A stretch of 36,841 nucleotides of DNA from a virus (Duplodnaviria; Caudoviricetes): positions 1 to 36,841 of the IMG/VR virus record IMGVR_UViG_3300037424_000507. One strand, given 5' to 3'. The position numbers were made by a program, and so were the translations under genes. Every line of letters starts with the position of its first letter. Position 1 is the first letter of the stretch. Below, in pieces: positions 36,234 to 36,841 of this stretch. Below the pieces are notes generated by a model that worked only from the letters and a program-made list of their open reading frames with translations, was not told where the DNA came from and searched no databases.

Positions 36234-36248
36234 TTTGTCCTCCGCTAG
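36151..36248. repeat. 98-bp exact direct repeat, copy 2
   Basis: Identical to 1-98. Confidence 0.97.
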
Positions 36249-36276
36249 CCAGGTCAAGAGACGACCTGTGTCTCTG

Positions 36277-36312
36277 AAAATAAAAAAACCCGATGCCAAA
36301 AACAGCATCGGG
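36277..36312 (-). terminator. Intrinsic terminator in late leader (version B)
   Basis: Minus strand CCCGATGC-8 nt-GCATCGGG followed by TTTTTTTATTTT. Confidence 0.85.
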
Positions 36313-36343
36313 CGGTAAGTCCGACTATTCCCGCTTGGGATAT

Positions 36344-36673
36344 TCAACTATTAGGATTATATATTATTTTTTGAACAAGGTCAATCGGTTGAGCAGCGCG
36401 TTCACCGGCAGGATCGGCCGTGCCCGCCCGGGACCCATGCGGTCCAGGGTCTAGCCGATTGATGCGTTTCCTTTTAATCTTAGTGATAAGCCGCTCGAAG
36501 CTAAGATCGCTGCTCAAGAAGTGAAATTCCGCACCGCAGACACAGGTCCCATGCGCTTTATACAGCACCACGTTCCCGATTTTGAGATGCACCTGGTCAC
36601 CGACCTGCTCGTACTTCCCGATCAGCCGGCCGCAGCCCTGGCAATTAATTGAATTAGCTGTGTTTTCGGTCAT
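36344..36673 (-). CDS. Small Zn-ribbon protein, version B
   Basis: CQGCGRLIG...HGTCVCGAEFHF; homolog of 165-401. Confidence 0.7.
   Translation of the reverse strand: MTENTANSINCQGCGRLIGKYEQVGDQVHLKIGNVVLYKAHGTCVCGAEFHFLSSDLSFERLITKIKRKRINRLDPGPHGSRAGTADPAGERAAQPIDLVQKIIYNPNS
36356..36384 (-). promoter_or_regulatory. Sigma70-type late promoter (version B)
   Basis: TTGACC (36384-36379), 17 bp, TATAAT (36361-36356). Confidence 0.78.
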
Positions 36674-36676
36674 TGA

Positions 36677-36841
36677 TTATCCTCTTAACATCAACGGCAA
36701 ATGCTCTGCTATTTCGACGGTCGTCGCTTCTGCGGCTGTACGTCCATCAGGTAATAACAGATAGGAGAAAAACGCGGCACGTGGTCCCAATATCAGGGCT
36801 GTCATGCATTTGGCTTTGACGTCATGAAATAGCAGCCGACT
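36677..36841 (-). CDS. 3' end of a truncated hypothetical gene (not the tyrosine recombinase)
   Basis: Open frame ...SRLLFHDVKAKCMTALILGPRAAFFSYLLLPDGRT...LRG* runs off the window edge. Confidence 0.55.
   Translation of the reverse strand, partial: SRLLFHDVKAKCMTALILGPRAAFFSYLLLPDGRTAAEATTVEIAEHLPLMLRG

Larger units (their letters stand above)
1..36248. mobile_element. Temperate siphovirus genome, circular unit ~36,150 bp
   Basis: Full set of packaging, head, tail, lysis, immunity, integrase and replication genes; 98-bp identity between 1-98 and 36151-36248 closes the circle; no host genes seen. Confidence 0.92.

Overview
The window holds an apparently complete (~36.15 kb) temperate siphophage genome with no visible host DNA. 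The host is probably Chloroflexota, inferred from a C-terminal 'WLPIIGR' motif and the endolysin type. Most genes are on the minus strand. The late operon runs right to left: holin-like genes, endolysin, LamG and beta-helix adhesin block, HNH, TerS, TerL, methyltransferase plus GT29/MptE-like gene, HK97 portal, S49 protease, scaffold-like protein, P22-coat-like capsid, neck and tail genes, a frameshifted tail chaperone, tape measure and baseplate. The centre carries a CI/Cro-like switch and a large serine recombinase that lacks a canonical start codon. The early operon has membrane peptides, ParB, an adenine MTase with a PD-(D/E)XK protein, a DnaD-type initiator, a minimal PolX and an intact tyrosine recombinase. 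Bases 1-98 are identical to 36151-36248, so the genome closes into a circle and the last ~590 bp are a second, divergent version of the late-control region. Comparing the two versions gives the most interesting signal. Each has a small Zn-ribbon gene with an embedded GATTGACC-17-TAYAAT promoter, followed by a short leader with a conserved antiterminator hairpin (TTACCG loop) overlapping an intrinsic terminator, just before the first late gene. This is a candidate Zn-finger/RNA antitermination switch. All protein family calls come from motif recognition by eye; no searches were run.
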